The notes below the pieces were generated by a model that made no database searches, was not told where the DNA came from, and was given only the letters and a program-made list of their open reading frames with translations. From contig NC_091999.1 in assembly GCF_044704955.1 (NCBI RefSeq), forward strand, positions 16,182,001-16,246,000: a DNA stretch of 64,000 nt, given 5' to 3'. The stretch comes from Pristiophorus japonicus. Taxonomy: Eukaryota. Each line of letters opens with the position of its first letter. Position 1 is the first letter of the stretch. The translations under genes and the position numbers were made by a program. Positions 40,410-53,880 of this stretch are shown piece after piece.

Positions 40410-42422
40410 GAATGACCATAATATGGTTGAATTTCAAATTCAGTTGGAGGGTGAGAGAGTTGGTTCTCAAAGCAGTGTCCAAAGCTTAAATAAAGGAGAC
40501 AACAAAGGTCTGAGGGCAGTGGTGGTTAAAGCGGACTGGGAAAATAGATAAAAATATTGGATGGTTGATGAGCAGTGGCAGACATTTAAGGAGATATTTC
40601 ATAAATCGCAACAAAAATATCTCGCAATGAGAAGGCAAGACTGTAAGTGTAGGGATAACCATCCGTGGCTAACTAAGGAAATAAGGGATGGTATAAAATT
40701 GGAAACAAATGCATACAATGTGGCCAAGACTAGTGGGAGGCGACAGGATTGGGAAACTTTATAAAGCCAGGAAAGAACAACTAAACAAATTATAAAGAGA
40801 GGGAAGGTAGATTATGAAAATAAACCAGCACGAAATATATACACAGATAGTAAGACTTTCTACAGGTACATAACAAGCAAAAGAGATGCTAAACTAAATG
40901 TTGGTCACCAAGAGGATCAGACTGGGAAATTAATAATGGAGAACGGGAAATGACAGACACGTTGAACACATATTTTGTATCGGTCTTCACGGTAGCAGAC
41001 ACAAAAAACATCTTAATAGTGGAAAATCAAGGTACTACATGGAGGGAGGAAATGATTACCATCACTATCACTAATGGAGTAGTACTCGGTAAAATAATGG
41101 GATTTAAGGCGGACAATTCCCTAGAACCTGATGGCTTACATCCAAAGGTCCTGAAAGAAGTGGCTGCAGAGATGCTGGATGCATTGCTTGTAATCTACCA
41201 AAATTCCTTCGGTTCTGGGGCGGTCCCAGCGGATTGTAAAACTGCAAAGGTAGTGCCTCTGTTTTAAAAAATAGGCACACAAAAAGCAAGAAACTATAGA
41301 CTAGTGAGCCGAACATCTGTCATTGGGAAAATGCTGGAGTCCATTGAGAAAGCAGTAGCGGGACATTTGGAAAAGCATAATTCAATCAAGCAGAATCAGC
41401 ATAGTTTCATGAACGGGAAATCATGTTTGACAAATTTGGTGGAGATCTTTGAGGATGTATCGAGCAGGGTGGATTAGGGTGATCCATTGGATGTAGTGTT
41501 TGTGGATTTCCAGAAGGCATTCGATAAGGTGCCACATAAAAGGTTACTGAACGATAAACGTTCACGGGGTTGGGGTTAATATATGGATAGAGGATTCGCT
41601 AACTAACAGATCGGAGAGTTGAAATCAATTGGTCAATTTCCGGTTGGCAAACAGTAAATCGTGGTGTGCCGCAGGGTTCGGGGCTGGAACCTCAACTATT
41701 TACAATCGATAGTAATGACTTGGATGAAGGGCTGCAGTGTAATATAGCCAATTTGCAGATAATACAAAGATAGGTGCGAAAGAAAATTGTGAGGAGGACA
41801 CAAAAAATCTGCAAAGGGATATGGACAGGCTAAGTGAGTGGGCAAAACTGTACAGAATATTGATGATGCCACACTTAGAGTACTGCGTCCAGTTTTGGTT
41901 TCCGTATTTAAGAAAGGATATACCTGCATTGGAGGCATTTCATCGAAGATTGATTCCGGAGATGAGTGGGTTGACTTATGAAGATAGGTTGAGTAGGTTG
42001 GGCCTATACACATTGGAATTCAGAAGAATGAGAGGTGATCTTATTGAAACTTATAAGATAATAAGGGTGCTCAACAAGGTGGATGCAGAGAGGATATTTC
42101 CACTCATAGGGACAAATAAAACTAGGGGATATAGTCTCAGAATAAGGAGCCGCCCATTTAGAACTGAGGTGAGGGGGAATTTCTTCGCTCAGAGGGTTGT
42201 AAATATGTGGAATTCGCAGCCCCAGAGAGTTGTGGAGGCTAGGTCATTGAATATATTTAAGGTGGTGATAGAAATATCGTTGAGCAATAAGAGAATAAAG
42301 GGTTATGGGGATCGCGCAGGGAGGTGGAGCTGAGTCCATGATCAGACCATCCATAATAGTAAATTGCAGAGCAGGATCGAGTGACCAGGTGGCTTACTCC
42401 TGCTCCTATTGCTTATGTTCTT
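40410..42422 (+). mobile_element. 5'-truncated CR1 (unit module) with the shared internal deletion
   Basis: ORF 41821..42333 reads RLSEWAKLYRILMMPHLEYC across the deletion. Tail at ~42415. Confidence 0.9.
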
Positions 42423-42424
42423 TT

Positions 42425-43445
42425 GTTTATATTACACTAGGCACTATCTTTGTTGAAATTGCACTAAACCTTGTCGTTGTTTAATTACATTAGGCCCTGT
42501 CTCTGTTAATATTACACTAAATCCTGTCGTTCTTTATATTGCACTGCGCCCTGTCTATCTTTATATTGCACTAGGCCCTGTCTCTAGTTATATGACACTA
42601 GACCCTGTCTCCCTTTATGTTGCACTAGACCCTGTCTCTCTTTCTGTTACACTAGACCCTGTCTCTGTTTGTATTACACTGGACTCTGTCTCTCTTTATA
42701 TTTCACGAGGCCCTGTCTCTCTTTATATTACACTGGACCCTGTCTCTCTTTATATTGCACTAGGCACTGTCTCTGTTTATATTACACTAGACACTGTCTC
42801 CCTTTATGTTCCACTAGACCCTGTCTCTCTTTATGTTACATTAGACCCTGTCTCCCTTTCTGTTACACTAGGTCCTGTCTCTGTTTATATTACACTAGGC
42901 CCTGTCTCTGTTTATATTACACTAGACCCTGTCTCTTATTATATTACACTGGGCCCTGTCTCTCTTGATATTACTCTAGGCCTTGTCTCTCTTTATATTA
43001 CACTAGACCCTGTCTCTGTTTATATTACACTAGGCCCGGTCTCTGTTTGTATTACTCGAGACCCTGTCTCTGTTTATATTGCACTAGACCATGTCTCTCT
43101 TTATATTGCATTGGGCCCTGTCTATCTTTATATTACACTAGACGTTGTCTCTGTTTAAATTACACTAGACCCTGTCTATATTTATATTTCACTAGACCCT
43201 GTCTCAGTTTATATTACACTGGGCTCTGTATCTGATTATATTACACTAGATCCTTTCTATCTTTATATTACACTAGACCCTGTTTCTCTTTATATTACAC
43301 TCGACCCTATCTCTTATTATATTACACTGGATCCTGTCTCTCTTTATATTACACTAGGCCCTGTCTCTGTTTAGGTTGCACTCGACCCTGTCTCCCTTTA
43401 TGTTACACGAGGCCCAGTCTGCCTTTATGGTAAACTGGGCCATGT
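42425..43445. repeat. 27-bp minisatellite, long array (~1 kb)
   Basis: ORF 42592..43158 consists of YITLDPVSL/V repeats. Confidence 0.95.
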
Positions 43446-44774
43446 ATCCATTGACTTCACAAGACAATGTCTGTCTGTGTCAACTGGGGCTCAATTTTTC
43501 TCACTTTTGCCTCAGTCTCAGATAGTTTTGGGATAAACTCCCACTCCAGGGACTATATCTCGATTTATTGTACAACAGACACTGTTGTCAGTTACTTCTG
43601 CGCTCGACCATGCGTCTGTTAGATAGACAGAAGCTATATAGACGGTGGATTGATGTTAATATAAATAAAGATATATATGCGTGAGGGTGGGAGGATGCAA
43701 AACTTTTTTCGTTGCAAGATACGTTTAATTTTGTTACTAGCTATCAAAAGTTGTGTGCAAAGTACTTTAGATCTGGTATTGTGACGGTAATATTTGAGTT
43801 GAGAGGATGGGGTGTATCTTGTAACAATCTCCCAGAGATGGACTGGGATTGAGGGACAGGATTGAAGGTGAGCAATTCACTGCACTTTAAACTACTTAGT
43901 GGCACTCTGTGTGTTAAAGGTTACTAATTCACACTTGTGTTGTACTGTGCTCATTTACCCCAGTTACTTAATTTTAAGGAGTATCTTTCCTGCAGTATTT
44001 TCTATTGAGCTTTCACGTGACCAGTATGTGTCAGACAGAGTCTGGAACCGTGACCTCACAGCACCACCGGATGGGCGGCCGCAGGGTCCTAATGTCCACC
44101 GAAAGCATATCTCCTCTGGTTGAGACGATCAACTGACAAGAGTACAGACAAAGTGTCTGCTATATATGTGCGTATGTATGTGTGTGTGCGTGTGTGTTTG
44201 TGTGTGTGTGTGTGTGTACGTGTGTGTGTGTGTGTGTCTGTGTGTGAATGTGCAAATGTATGTGTGTCTGTGCCTGTATGTACAAATCATAAAATGTGCA
44301 ATTGCATGCCGCAAAGATAAATGATTATCTTCAACCATTATTTTTCAGCATTTTATTTCAATGAACAGCTAATTGCAGATCGTTTAATACCTTTAACATT
44401 TATTGATGCCACATTGTCTTTCATACTCTCCTTTAGAAAGTGATGTCACGCTGACCTTTCTGTTATCAAGGTGACCATGTCTGTCCGCAGTTTTCAGTGG
44501 GAAAGGGGATTAAATTAAACCGAGGAAAATGAGCAGCCAGCCACTAGTCTCTGCGCGTTATTGTCCAGTGATCACCTCACCATCACACAGAATCCCCTGA
44601 TATGCACCTGCAGTGTGTGATGATTACTGCAAATGATGGTAAACATGAAACTGCACCTGTACCAGGCTTGAGGTTAATAAATCTGTAAATAGCTGACTCA
44701 TTGTTTCTCTCATTACACCCAGACACCGTCGCAGTTTTTACTGCAATAGACCAAGTCTCAGTTTATATCGTTGT

Positions 44775-46390
44775 TGTGGGTGACTTCCAAAAGGTGTTTG
44801 AAAAAGTGCCCTGACAATATCTTGGCCAGCAAAGTTGAAGCCGATAGAATAAAAGGGACAGTGGCAGCATGGATACGAAATTGACTGAGTGACAGGAATC
44901 AGAGAGCAGTGATTTTTTGGACTGGAGGAAGGTATACAGTGGTGCTCTCAGCAGTTGGTGCCAGGAACACTCCTTTTCTTGATTTATATTCATGACTTAG
45001 ATTCAGGTGTAAGGGCACAATTTCAAAAGTTGCAGATGACTCAAGCTTGGAAGTATAGTGAACAGTGAGGAGGATAGTAGGTGACTTCAAGAGGACATAG
45101 ACATGCTGGTGGAATAGACGGACACGTGGCAAATAAAAAGCAGAAAATTGTGAAGTGATACATTTTGGTAGGAAGAACGAGGAGAGGCAAAATAAAAAAA
45201 AGGATATAATTCTAAAGGGTGTAATGAACACAGAGATCTGGGGGTATATGTGCACAAATCATTAAATGGGCAGGTTGAGAAAGTGTTTTAAAAAGCATAC
45301 GACATCCTTGGCTTCATAAATAGAGCCATAGAATACAAAAGCAAGGAAATTATGATGAACCTGTATAAAACACTGATTAGGCCGCAAATGGAGTATTGTG
45401 TCCAATTCTGGGCACCGCGCTTTAGTAAAGATATGAAGGCTTTAGAGAGGGTGCAGAAAAGATTTACATGTGGTTCCAGGGATAAGGTACTTCAGTTATG
45501 TGGTTAGAGTGGAGAAGCTGGGGTTCTTCTCCTCAGAGCAGAGAAGGGTGACATGAGATTTGATCGAGGTGTTCAGAATCATAAGGGGTCTAGACAGAGT
45601 AGCTGGCAAAAAACTTTTCCCAATTGGCGGAAGGGTTGAGAAAATAGGACACAGATTTAAGGTGATTGACAGAAGAACCAAAGGCGACAAAACAGAAATA
45701 TTTTTATGCAGCGAGTGTTTAGAATCTGAAATGTGATAGGGGCAGATTCAATCATGGCATTGCAAAGGGAATTCGATCAGAACATGAAGTAAGAAAATTC
45801 ACAGGGCTTCGCGAAAGGGCGGGGCAGTGGACTAGCTGAAATGCTCTTGCAGAGCGCGGTACGGGCTATATGGACCGAAAGACCCTCTTCTGTGCTGTAA
45901 CCATTCTATGATTTTATAATACACCAGAGCCTGTCTCAGTTGTTATTGAACTAGACACTATTCCAGTTTATATAACCCCACATACCAAGTTAAATATTCA
46001 CTCCCTCCACCACCAGCGCACCATGTCTGCAGTGATTACTATCCACAAGATGCGTTGCAGTAGCTCGCCAAGACATCTTCGACAGCTCTTTCCAAACCTA
46101 CGACCTCTTCCAACTAGAAGGGCGAGGGCAGCAGGCTCATGAGAACACCATCATCTCCACGTACCCGTTCAAATCACACACCTTCCTGATTTGGAAATTG
46201 ATTATCGTTCCTTCAGAGTCGCTGGGTCAAATTCGTGGAACCCCCTCCCTAACACTGTGCAAGTACCTTCACCACACGGTCTGCAGCAGATCAAGGTGGC
46301 AGCTCACCACCTGCTTCTCAAGGCCAATTATGGATAGACCATCAATGATGGCCTTGCCAGCGACACCCAAATTTCAGGGACCAATAAAAC
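44775..46390 (+). mobile_element. Old CR1-type remnant plus second-family LINE tail (unit modules)
   Basis: Paralogous to 19790-20900 and 10565-10962. Confidence 0.82.
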
Positions 46391-46675
46391 AATGTCCCTT
46401 TATAGAACTACTAATATTGTACTCAGCGCTCTCTCGGATATTACTGGAATATGCCATGCCTTTTGTCCTATTGCAAAAAACCCTGCATCTGTTTATATTA
46501 AACTAGACAAGGACATTGTTGATATTACATTAATCCCATCTGTTCACATTACTGCACGAGACCATGTCTCTGTTTATATTAAACTAGAGCCTGTCACCGT
46601 TATCACTGCATTAGGTTATGTCCTTGTTTATATTTAACTAGACGCTGTCTCAATTATTACTGCTCTAGACCATGT

Positions 46676-47015
46676 AACTCCCAGGTCAGGTACAGCATGT
46701 GTCAGATACAAGAAAACTTCCTCTTTCCTGTCCCATCACACACTGCCCGGGCAGGTACAGCACGGGTGAGGCATAGAATAATGCTCCCTCTAAAAAGTCC
46801 CATCAAACAATCCCAGGGCAGGTACAGCACTGGTTAGATACAGAGTAAAGCTATCCCGACAAAGTCCCATCAAAGAATCACAGGGCAGGTACAGCACTGG
46901 TTAGACACAGAGTTCAAGCTCCCCCTACAAAGTCCCATCAAACAATCTCAGGGCAATTACAGCACGGGTTAGATACAGAGTAAAGATCCCTCTACACTGT
47001 CCCATCAACTGCTCG
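46676..47015. repeat. 67-bp minisatellite array
   Basis: About 5 copies. Confidence 0.88.
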
Positions 47016-47877
47016 CATGTCATTTAATGCACAATTCACATTTTGGATTAAAGCTCCCTCTGTGCACTCCAATCAATTTGGTCCGAGGCATATCCTTATG
47101 GCTGAGGGAAATCTTTTGTTATCTGTTGACATTTAATTGTGGGGAAATGTCAACGAACAATTCTTGACAGATGGAACAGAAAATGGAAAAAGGAGAGGGA
47201 GACGGTACATGTGATATTGTTCTATATGCTGACGAGAAGGAATCTTTCCCCATTCTGTCCGTGGGTTTCATCTTTACTTTATTCTAATATAATTTAGTAA
47301 AATGCACCGAAAAACAATTGTTACTGGAATCTGTTGAGACATTTCCATTTCTCTCTATCTTTATTTCGATGCTGTATTGGTGGGGAAACATTTATTGTGT
47401 CTCTGTCGCTCAATACTCTAATCTGGGACTTCTATGTTTGTGTTTGTTTCCATAAACGCCTCACTGGTTGCCATGAAGTGTTCATGGCAGCAAAATCAGA
47501 ACAACAGAGTCACTTATTGATTAGTCTCAACTCAGAACAATGGCTCATTTTAAGCATATTGACAGTGGGTACACATAAGTAGAAAGATGTCGAACAGTCA
47601 CCTTGGCTTCAGTTTTGTTCAATTACAACAGATGTGATTTATATCAAAGGGAATAAATATTAAAATTAGTAATTCAGTTCTGAAAGTTCTGCTTAATCAG
47701 TGGAACATCTCTGAACAGGTTCGTATTCCACTGGATCTCCATTTAATGGAAGATTTAACCAACTAAAATTAAATAAGTTTAACGAGTGAGCAGAGGTGTG
47801 TTCGACAATCACAGTAATATCTAAGCTGTTCACATATTGCAACTTGTATTTTGAAATGTTGACATTTAGAAATACCT

Positions 47878-48322
47878 TGCATTATATAGCGCCTTTCATG
47901 GCCTCATGATGTGCCAAAGTGATTTACAGCCAATGATTTACTTTGGAAGTGCGGTCACTATTGTAATGTAGGAAACGTGGCTGTCAATTGGTGCACAGCA
48001 AGATCCCGCAAACAGCAATGAAATAATGATCAGATAATCTATTTTTCAAATGTTGGTTGAGGGATAAGTATTTGCGCTGGAAACCCTGGAGAACTCCTCT
48101 GCTCTTTAATATAGTGCCATGAGTCCTTTAAAGCCAACTGAGTGGGAAGATGGACTTCAGTTTAATGTCTGCCCTGAAAGATGGCACCTCTGACCGTGCA
48201 GCACTCCCTCAGTACTGGCACCGGGCGAGTCAGCGTAGATTATGGATCAGGTTTCTGGAGTGGGGTTTAGTATCTGTGACCTTCTGAGTCAGAGGCGAGA
48301 GTGACCCCACTGAGCCGAGGCT
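47878..48322 (-). mobile_element. DeuSINE (SacSINE1-like)
   Basis: Paralogue of 12210-12645. Confidence 0.87.
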
Positions 48323-49729
48323 TGAATATATCACATCTTGTAATTTAGAATGCTGCCATTAAACTCATTGTGTCTGAAGTTCAGGGCCTGAGCACAGTCT
48401 TACACCGCTCCATTTATTATCAGGGGCCAGTTCTCTTTTCTTGCTTGGGATGTCATTCCCACACTGGGATTTACATTGGGTCCATAGAAAAATGTCAGCG
48501 ATTCCACGGGGAACATCTGGAAGTGCCCGAGGCAGAAGGAGTCACCGAACTTGAGTTTTACACTGTGTGAGCTGCATCATCAGAGCAGCTGGAAGCTGGG
48601 ACTGCGCTCGTTAGAACCGAGCAGGTTATGGGCCACTTAATAGAGGTGTTCAAAATGATGAAGTGTTTTGATCGGCTATAAGGGGAGATACTCCATCACT
48701 CCCTCCCACCATCCCTCCCTCCCTCCACCAGTATCTCCTTCTCTCCCTCCCTTCATTCCTCCCTCCATTAATTACACCCTCCCTACACCCAACCCTCCAT
48801 CCCGCTGTCCCTCGCTACAACCCTGCTTCACTCCACCCCGCCCTTGCTCCACTCCTTCCACCCTCCATCCATCCCTCAGCCCAAATGATTCCTATTTTTC
48901 CCTTTGCAGTGTTTCTGCTTCCATCGATGGGGATTCCTCAGCTGGAATTTTCTGTGCCCAATTCCTTCACCGGGCTTTCATATATTTTAACAAATAAGAG
49001 AGAGCGAACGATGCTAAATCTATACATTTAATCCCTCCACGCTCCCCTAAAAAAGTGACGTGAAATAACATGTTGACCTTTCCGTAGTGGGAGTTGGTTG
49101 GAAACTGGTGTTGGGTAGAAATTCTAGTTGGGGCAGTCAGGAAATTTTTACTTTTTTTAAATAAAAAGAATAAATTGTTACAAGACATCGTCGACTTTCA
49201 GCTGCCCTTTTTCCCACCCCCATCTCGCTGTTGAGGACGGACCAGTTCCCGCCTCGATCTCGCTGCCATTGTTTATGTGGGACGGTAGGACACAAGCTCT
49301 CACTACGCGGACAGACTTTGAGAAGCTGGGGCTGTTCTGCTTACAGCAGAGAAGGCTGACGGGAGATTTACCAGATTGGTACCAGGGATGAATGACTAGA
49401 AACACTAGTTCAGCCCCAGCTAGAGTATTGTGTCCAATTCTGGGCACCACACTATCGGAAGTCCATGAAGTCTTTTAAGAGGGTGCAGAAGAGATTTACT
49501 GGAAACGCATCAGGGATGGGCGATAACAAATATGTGGAGAGACTGGAGAAGCCGGTGCTGTTCTCCTTAGAGCAGAAATGGTTAAGAGGAGATGTAGTAG
49601 ATTAGTATCAGGCATGAGAGACTTCAGTTAATGTTGAGTTGAGGTCGAAGACCAGCCACAATGGCGGAGCAGGCTTGAGGGGCCGAATGGCCTATTCTTG
49701 CTCCTAATTGTTATGTCCTTATTTTCTTA

Positions 49730-51225
49730 AACTGAGACAGTGTGTAGTGCAGTATAACTCAGACAGGACCGAGTATAATATAAACCAGGTCATGAATTTT
49801 ATAAACAGAAAAATATCTGTTTCACTAATAATTGATAAAGGGACTTATGTAATATAAACAGAGATATTGTCAGATATAATTTAAATTAAACATGTTCTGG
49901 TGCAGGAATAACTGGGACTGGGCCATGTGTAATATAAACAGGGACATGGTCCAGTACAATATAAACGAAGACCAGGTTAACTACAATAATAACTTAGACA
50001 GTTGTGCCCTGCCTCAGTTATATTGATCTAGAGAATGCCTCTGTTAAAAGTACAGTAGGGCATATCTTAGTTTTTGTTGCAATAGAACTTGTCTCTGTTT
50101 ATATTACAGTAGGTCCAGTCTCTGTTTATATTACAGTAGACAATATCTCAGTTTATATTTAAGTAGACAATGACTCAATTTATAATACACTGGACAATAT
50201 CTCTGTTTATATTACACTGGACAACGTCTCAGTTCATATTACACTAGACAATGTCTAAGTTTATATTACAGTAGACAATGTCTCAGTTTATATTACACTA
50301 GCCAATATCTCTGTTTATATTACACCAGACAATGTCTCTGTTTATATTTTACTAGACAATGTCTCTGTTTATATTGCACAAGAAAATTTTTCTATTTATA
50401 TTACGCAAGACAATGTGCATGTTTACATTGTCCTCGACAATGTTTCTGTTTATATTACACAAGACAATGTCCCTGTTTACATTACACGAGACAATGTCTC
50501 AGTTATTACTGCACCAGACCATATCGCTGGTATATTACATTAGGTCCTGTCTCCATTAGTACTGTACTAGACTCTGTTTCTGTTAATATTGCACAATGTC
50601 CAGCCTCATTCATCATTGCACTAGACCCGGTCACTAGTTATATTACACTATGTTCTGCATCTGTTCATATTACACTGGGCCATATCTCAGTTATTACTGT
50701 ACTAAGCATGTCTCTCTTTATATTACACAAGGCTCTCTCTGTTAGTAGTGCATGAGAACACGTGTCTCTTTATATTACACTAGGCTCTGTCTCAGTTATC
50801 GCTGCACTAGACCATGCATGTAATTAAATTTCACTCAGCCTTGTCTCAGTTTACATTACACGATGCCCTCTCTCAGTTTATTATTGTAATGGACCGTGCC
50901 TGTATTCATATAGTCTAAGATTAAATACTGTCTCATTTATTGCTGCACTCAGCTATGTATCTCTCATATTACACGAAATCTTGCCTCAGTTATAATGCAC
51001 TAGGCAATGTTATTCTTATAGTACACTGGGCACTCTCAGTTATTACAATCTATACCATGTCTCTATATATGTTACACTAGGCACTGTCGCAGCTTTTACT
51101 ACACTAGACGATGTCTCCTCTTTATATTGCTCTAGGTGTTGTCTCTGTTATTAATGGATTAGAACATTCCTCAGTTTAAATTTCACGATACGCTTTCTCA
51201 ATTAGTACTGAACTATACCATTCTT
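49730..51225. repeat. Diverged 27-bp minisatellite field with an orientation switch at ~50003
   Basis: Reverse units (aatataaacagagatattgtc) run 49730-50000. Forward units (gacaatgtctctgtttatattacacta) follow. Confidence 0.85.
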
Positions 51226-51377
51226 CTACTCAATTAGATGACGGATGATCGGCATCTTAACTCCATCGACCAGGATTAGTTCCGTCACACGTGACATCCT
51301 AACGGAACCAAAATCTACCAATCAATCTCTGGAGCAATCAGAAAATAATGCCTCTGCCAGTTATAGCCTTCCCTTTA

Positions 51378-52150
51378 TGAAGTGATTTGATAGGGTTAAT
51401 AGTGAGACACTGTTTACACTGACAGGAGTGTCGGTAACCAGAGGGCACAGATTTAAGATCCTTTGCAAAAAAATAACAGAAGGGAGATGAGGAGATGTTT
51501 TGATATAGCAAGTTGTTCTGATCTGAATTGCAGAATGTATACCTTATCTTTCGTTTTTATAAATAGAGATATAGGGTGCAAATGCAAGGAACGTATTGCT
51601 AAGCATCTGGAAGGCATTGTTTTTTGTGAGCGCCATATTTAGGAACGATTGAACGGCCTTGGCAATGGTGCAGCGGAAAGTTACTAGAATAGTACTTTGG
51701 ATTAAAGACTTCAGTAAAGTGAAGACACTCGGGGCATTGGTATTGTTGTCATTCGCGCAGAGAAGGCTAAAGTGAGCTTGATAAACATGTTCAAGATCGG
51801 GAATGGGTCTGACACTATAAATAAGAAGATCATTTTTCATTGGCTGACCGGTCTGTAACTAGAGGATACAGATTTAAGGAACTTGGCAAAAGAACCAGAG
51901 GCGAAATGAGGAAAAAGAAATACACAACGAGCTGTTATGATCTTGAATCCACTACCTGATAGGGTGCTGGAAGCAGTTCCGGTAATAAGTTTCAAAGGGG
52001 AATTGGGTAAATAATGGTATTTGAAAAAATGCAGGGATATTGGGAAACAGCAAGGGGAGTGGGACTAATTGCTTAGCTGTTTCAGCTTAGTGCCGGCGCA
52101 GGCACAAGTGGGCTGAATGTGCACGTTATCTACTGTATCATTCTCTATTC
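51378..52150 (+). mobile_element. Very old CR1-type 3' remnants
   Basis: 'gggcacagatttaag' and 'aaaagaaccagaggcgaaatgaggaaaaa' motifs as in other old copies. Confidence 0.7.
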
Positions 52151-52275
52151 TGTTATTCTATAACTACATCATGTCTAGGTTCATATTACACTAAGACCCG
52201 TCTCTATTTATAAAACACTAGATCCTGCCGCAGTTATTATTGCAATGGACAAGGAATCTTTTTAAATCACGCTAG

Positions 52276-53195
52276 GACATAAGAATATTAGAAAATAAGA
52301 AATAGGAGCAGGACGAGGCCATTTGGCTCCTTGAGCCTGCATTGCCATTTAGTCATGGCTGATCTGATAATGGACCCAGCTCCACTTCCCTGCCAGTTCC
52401 CATAACCCTTTATTCCCTTATCGCTCTAAGATCTGTCCATCTCCGTCTCACATATATTCAATGACCCAGCCTCCACAGCTCTTTCTAGCACAGAATTCCA
52501 CAGCTTCACAACCCTCCAAGAGAAGAAATTCCTCCTTATCTCAATTTGAACTGGGTAGCCCCATATTCTGAGAATAAGCCCCCTAGGTTTAGTTTCCCCT
52601 ATGAGTGGAAATATCCTCTCTTCATCCATCTTGTCGAACCCCTTCATTATCTTATATGTTTCGATAAAAACACCTCTCATTCTTCTGAATTCCAACAAGT
52701 ATAGGCCCAACCTACTCAACCTTTCTTCATAAGACAACCACCTCATCTTCGGAATCAACCTAGTGAACCTTATCTGAACAGCCTCCAATGCAAGTATATC
52801 CCTCCTTAAATGCGGAGACCCAAACTGTAAGCAGTACTCCAGGTTTGGCCTCACCAATACAGTGTACAGTTGTAGCAGGACATCTCTGCTTTTATACTCT
52901 ATCCCCCTTGCAATAAAGGCCAAAATTCCATTTACCTTCCTGATTATTTGCTTTATCTGCATACTAACTTTTTGTGGTTCATGCACAAGGACCCTCAGGG
53001 TCCTTCTTTACCGCAGCACTTAGCAATTTTTCTCCATTTAAATTATAATTTTATTTTTTATTTTTTCTGCCAAAGTGGACAACCTCACATTTTCCCACAT
53101 TATACATCATGAGACAAATTTTTGCCCACTCACTTAGCTCGTCTAGATCCTCTTGCAGATTTTTTAGTGTCTTCCTCACAATTTGCTTTCCCACC
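52276..53195 (-). mobile_element. CR1 3' fragment
   Basis: 186-aa ORF ...RPNLEYCLQF...RRNFFSWRVVKLWNS. Confidence 0.93.
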
Positions 53196-53289
53196 CAACA
53201 TTTCGTTTTGCTCCCCCACTTGAATGGCCCCCTTACCTCGGTTCTGTGGTCAGTTTACTCTTCCACCCTGCAGTCCCTGTCTTGGTAAT

Positions 53290-53880
53290 TGAGACCCTGG
53301 ACCCTGTTACAGTTATTACTGCAATAGACCCAGTCTCTGTTTATATTACACTCGACCCTGTTTCTGTTTATATCACTCTACACCCTGTCTCTATTTATAT
53401 TATATTAGACCTTGTTTCTGTTTATATTACACTAGACCCTGTCTCTCTTTCTATCACTCTACACCGTGTCTTTGTTTATATTATATTAGACCCTATCTCA
53501 GTTTAATTTACACAAGGCCCTGTCCCTGTTTATATTGCAGTAGACCGTGTCTCTGTTTATATTACACAAGGCCCTGTCCCTGTTTATTTTACAATAAACC
53601 TTGCCGCTCTTTATATTACACTAGACTCTGTCCCTGTTTATATTACACTATACCCTGTCTCTCTTTATATTACGCTAGACCCTGCCTATGTGTATATTAT
53701 ACTCGCCCCTATCTCTGTTTATATTACATTACACCCTGTATCCGTTATTTCTGACATAGACCATGTCTGAAATATACTATAATATACCCCATCCCTCTTC
53801 ATATTACACTAGACCATGTCTACAATATTAGTGCACTGGACGCTTCCTCTATTTATTATACAACAGACCCTGCTTCAGTT
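53290..53880. repeat. 27-bp minisatellite array
   Basis: YITLDPVSV periodicity. Confidence 0.92.

Noticed and set aside
42425-43445. 27-bp and 67-bp arrays as CRISPR-like arrays, or as repeat-protein ORFs (YITLDPVSL / YYTRPCLCL)
   Set aside because: Monomers are head-to-tail with no unique spacers in a eukaryotic context. The ORFs arise because 27 is divisible by 3.
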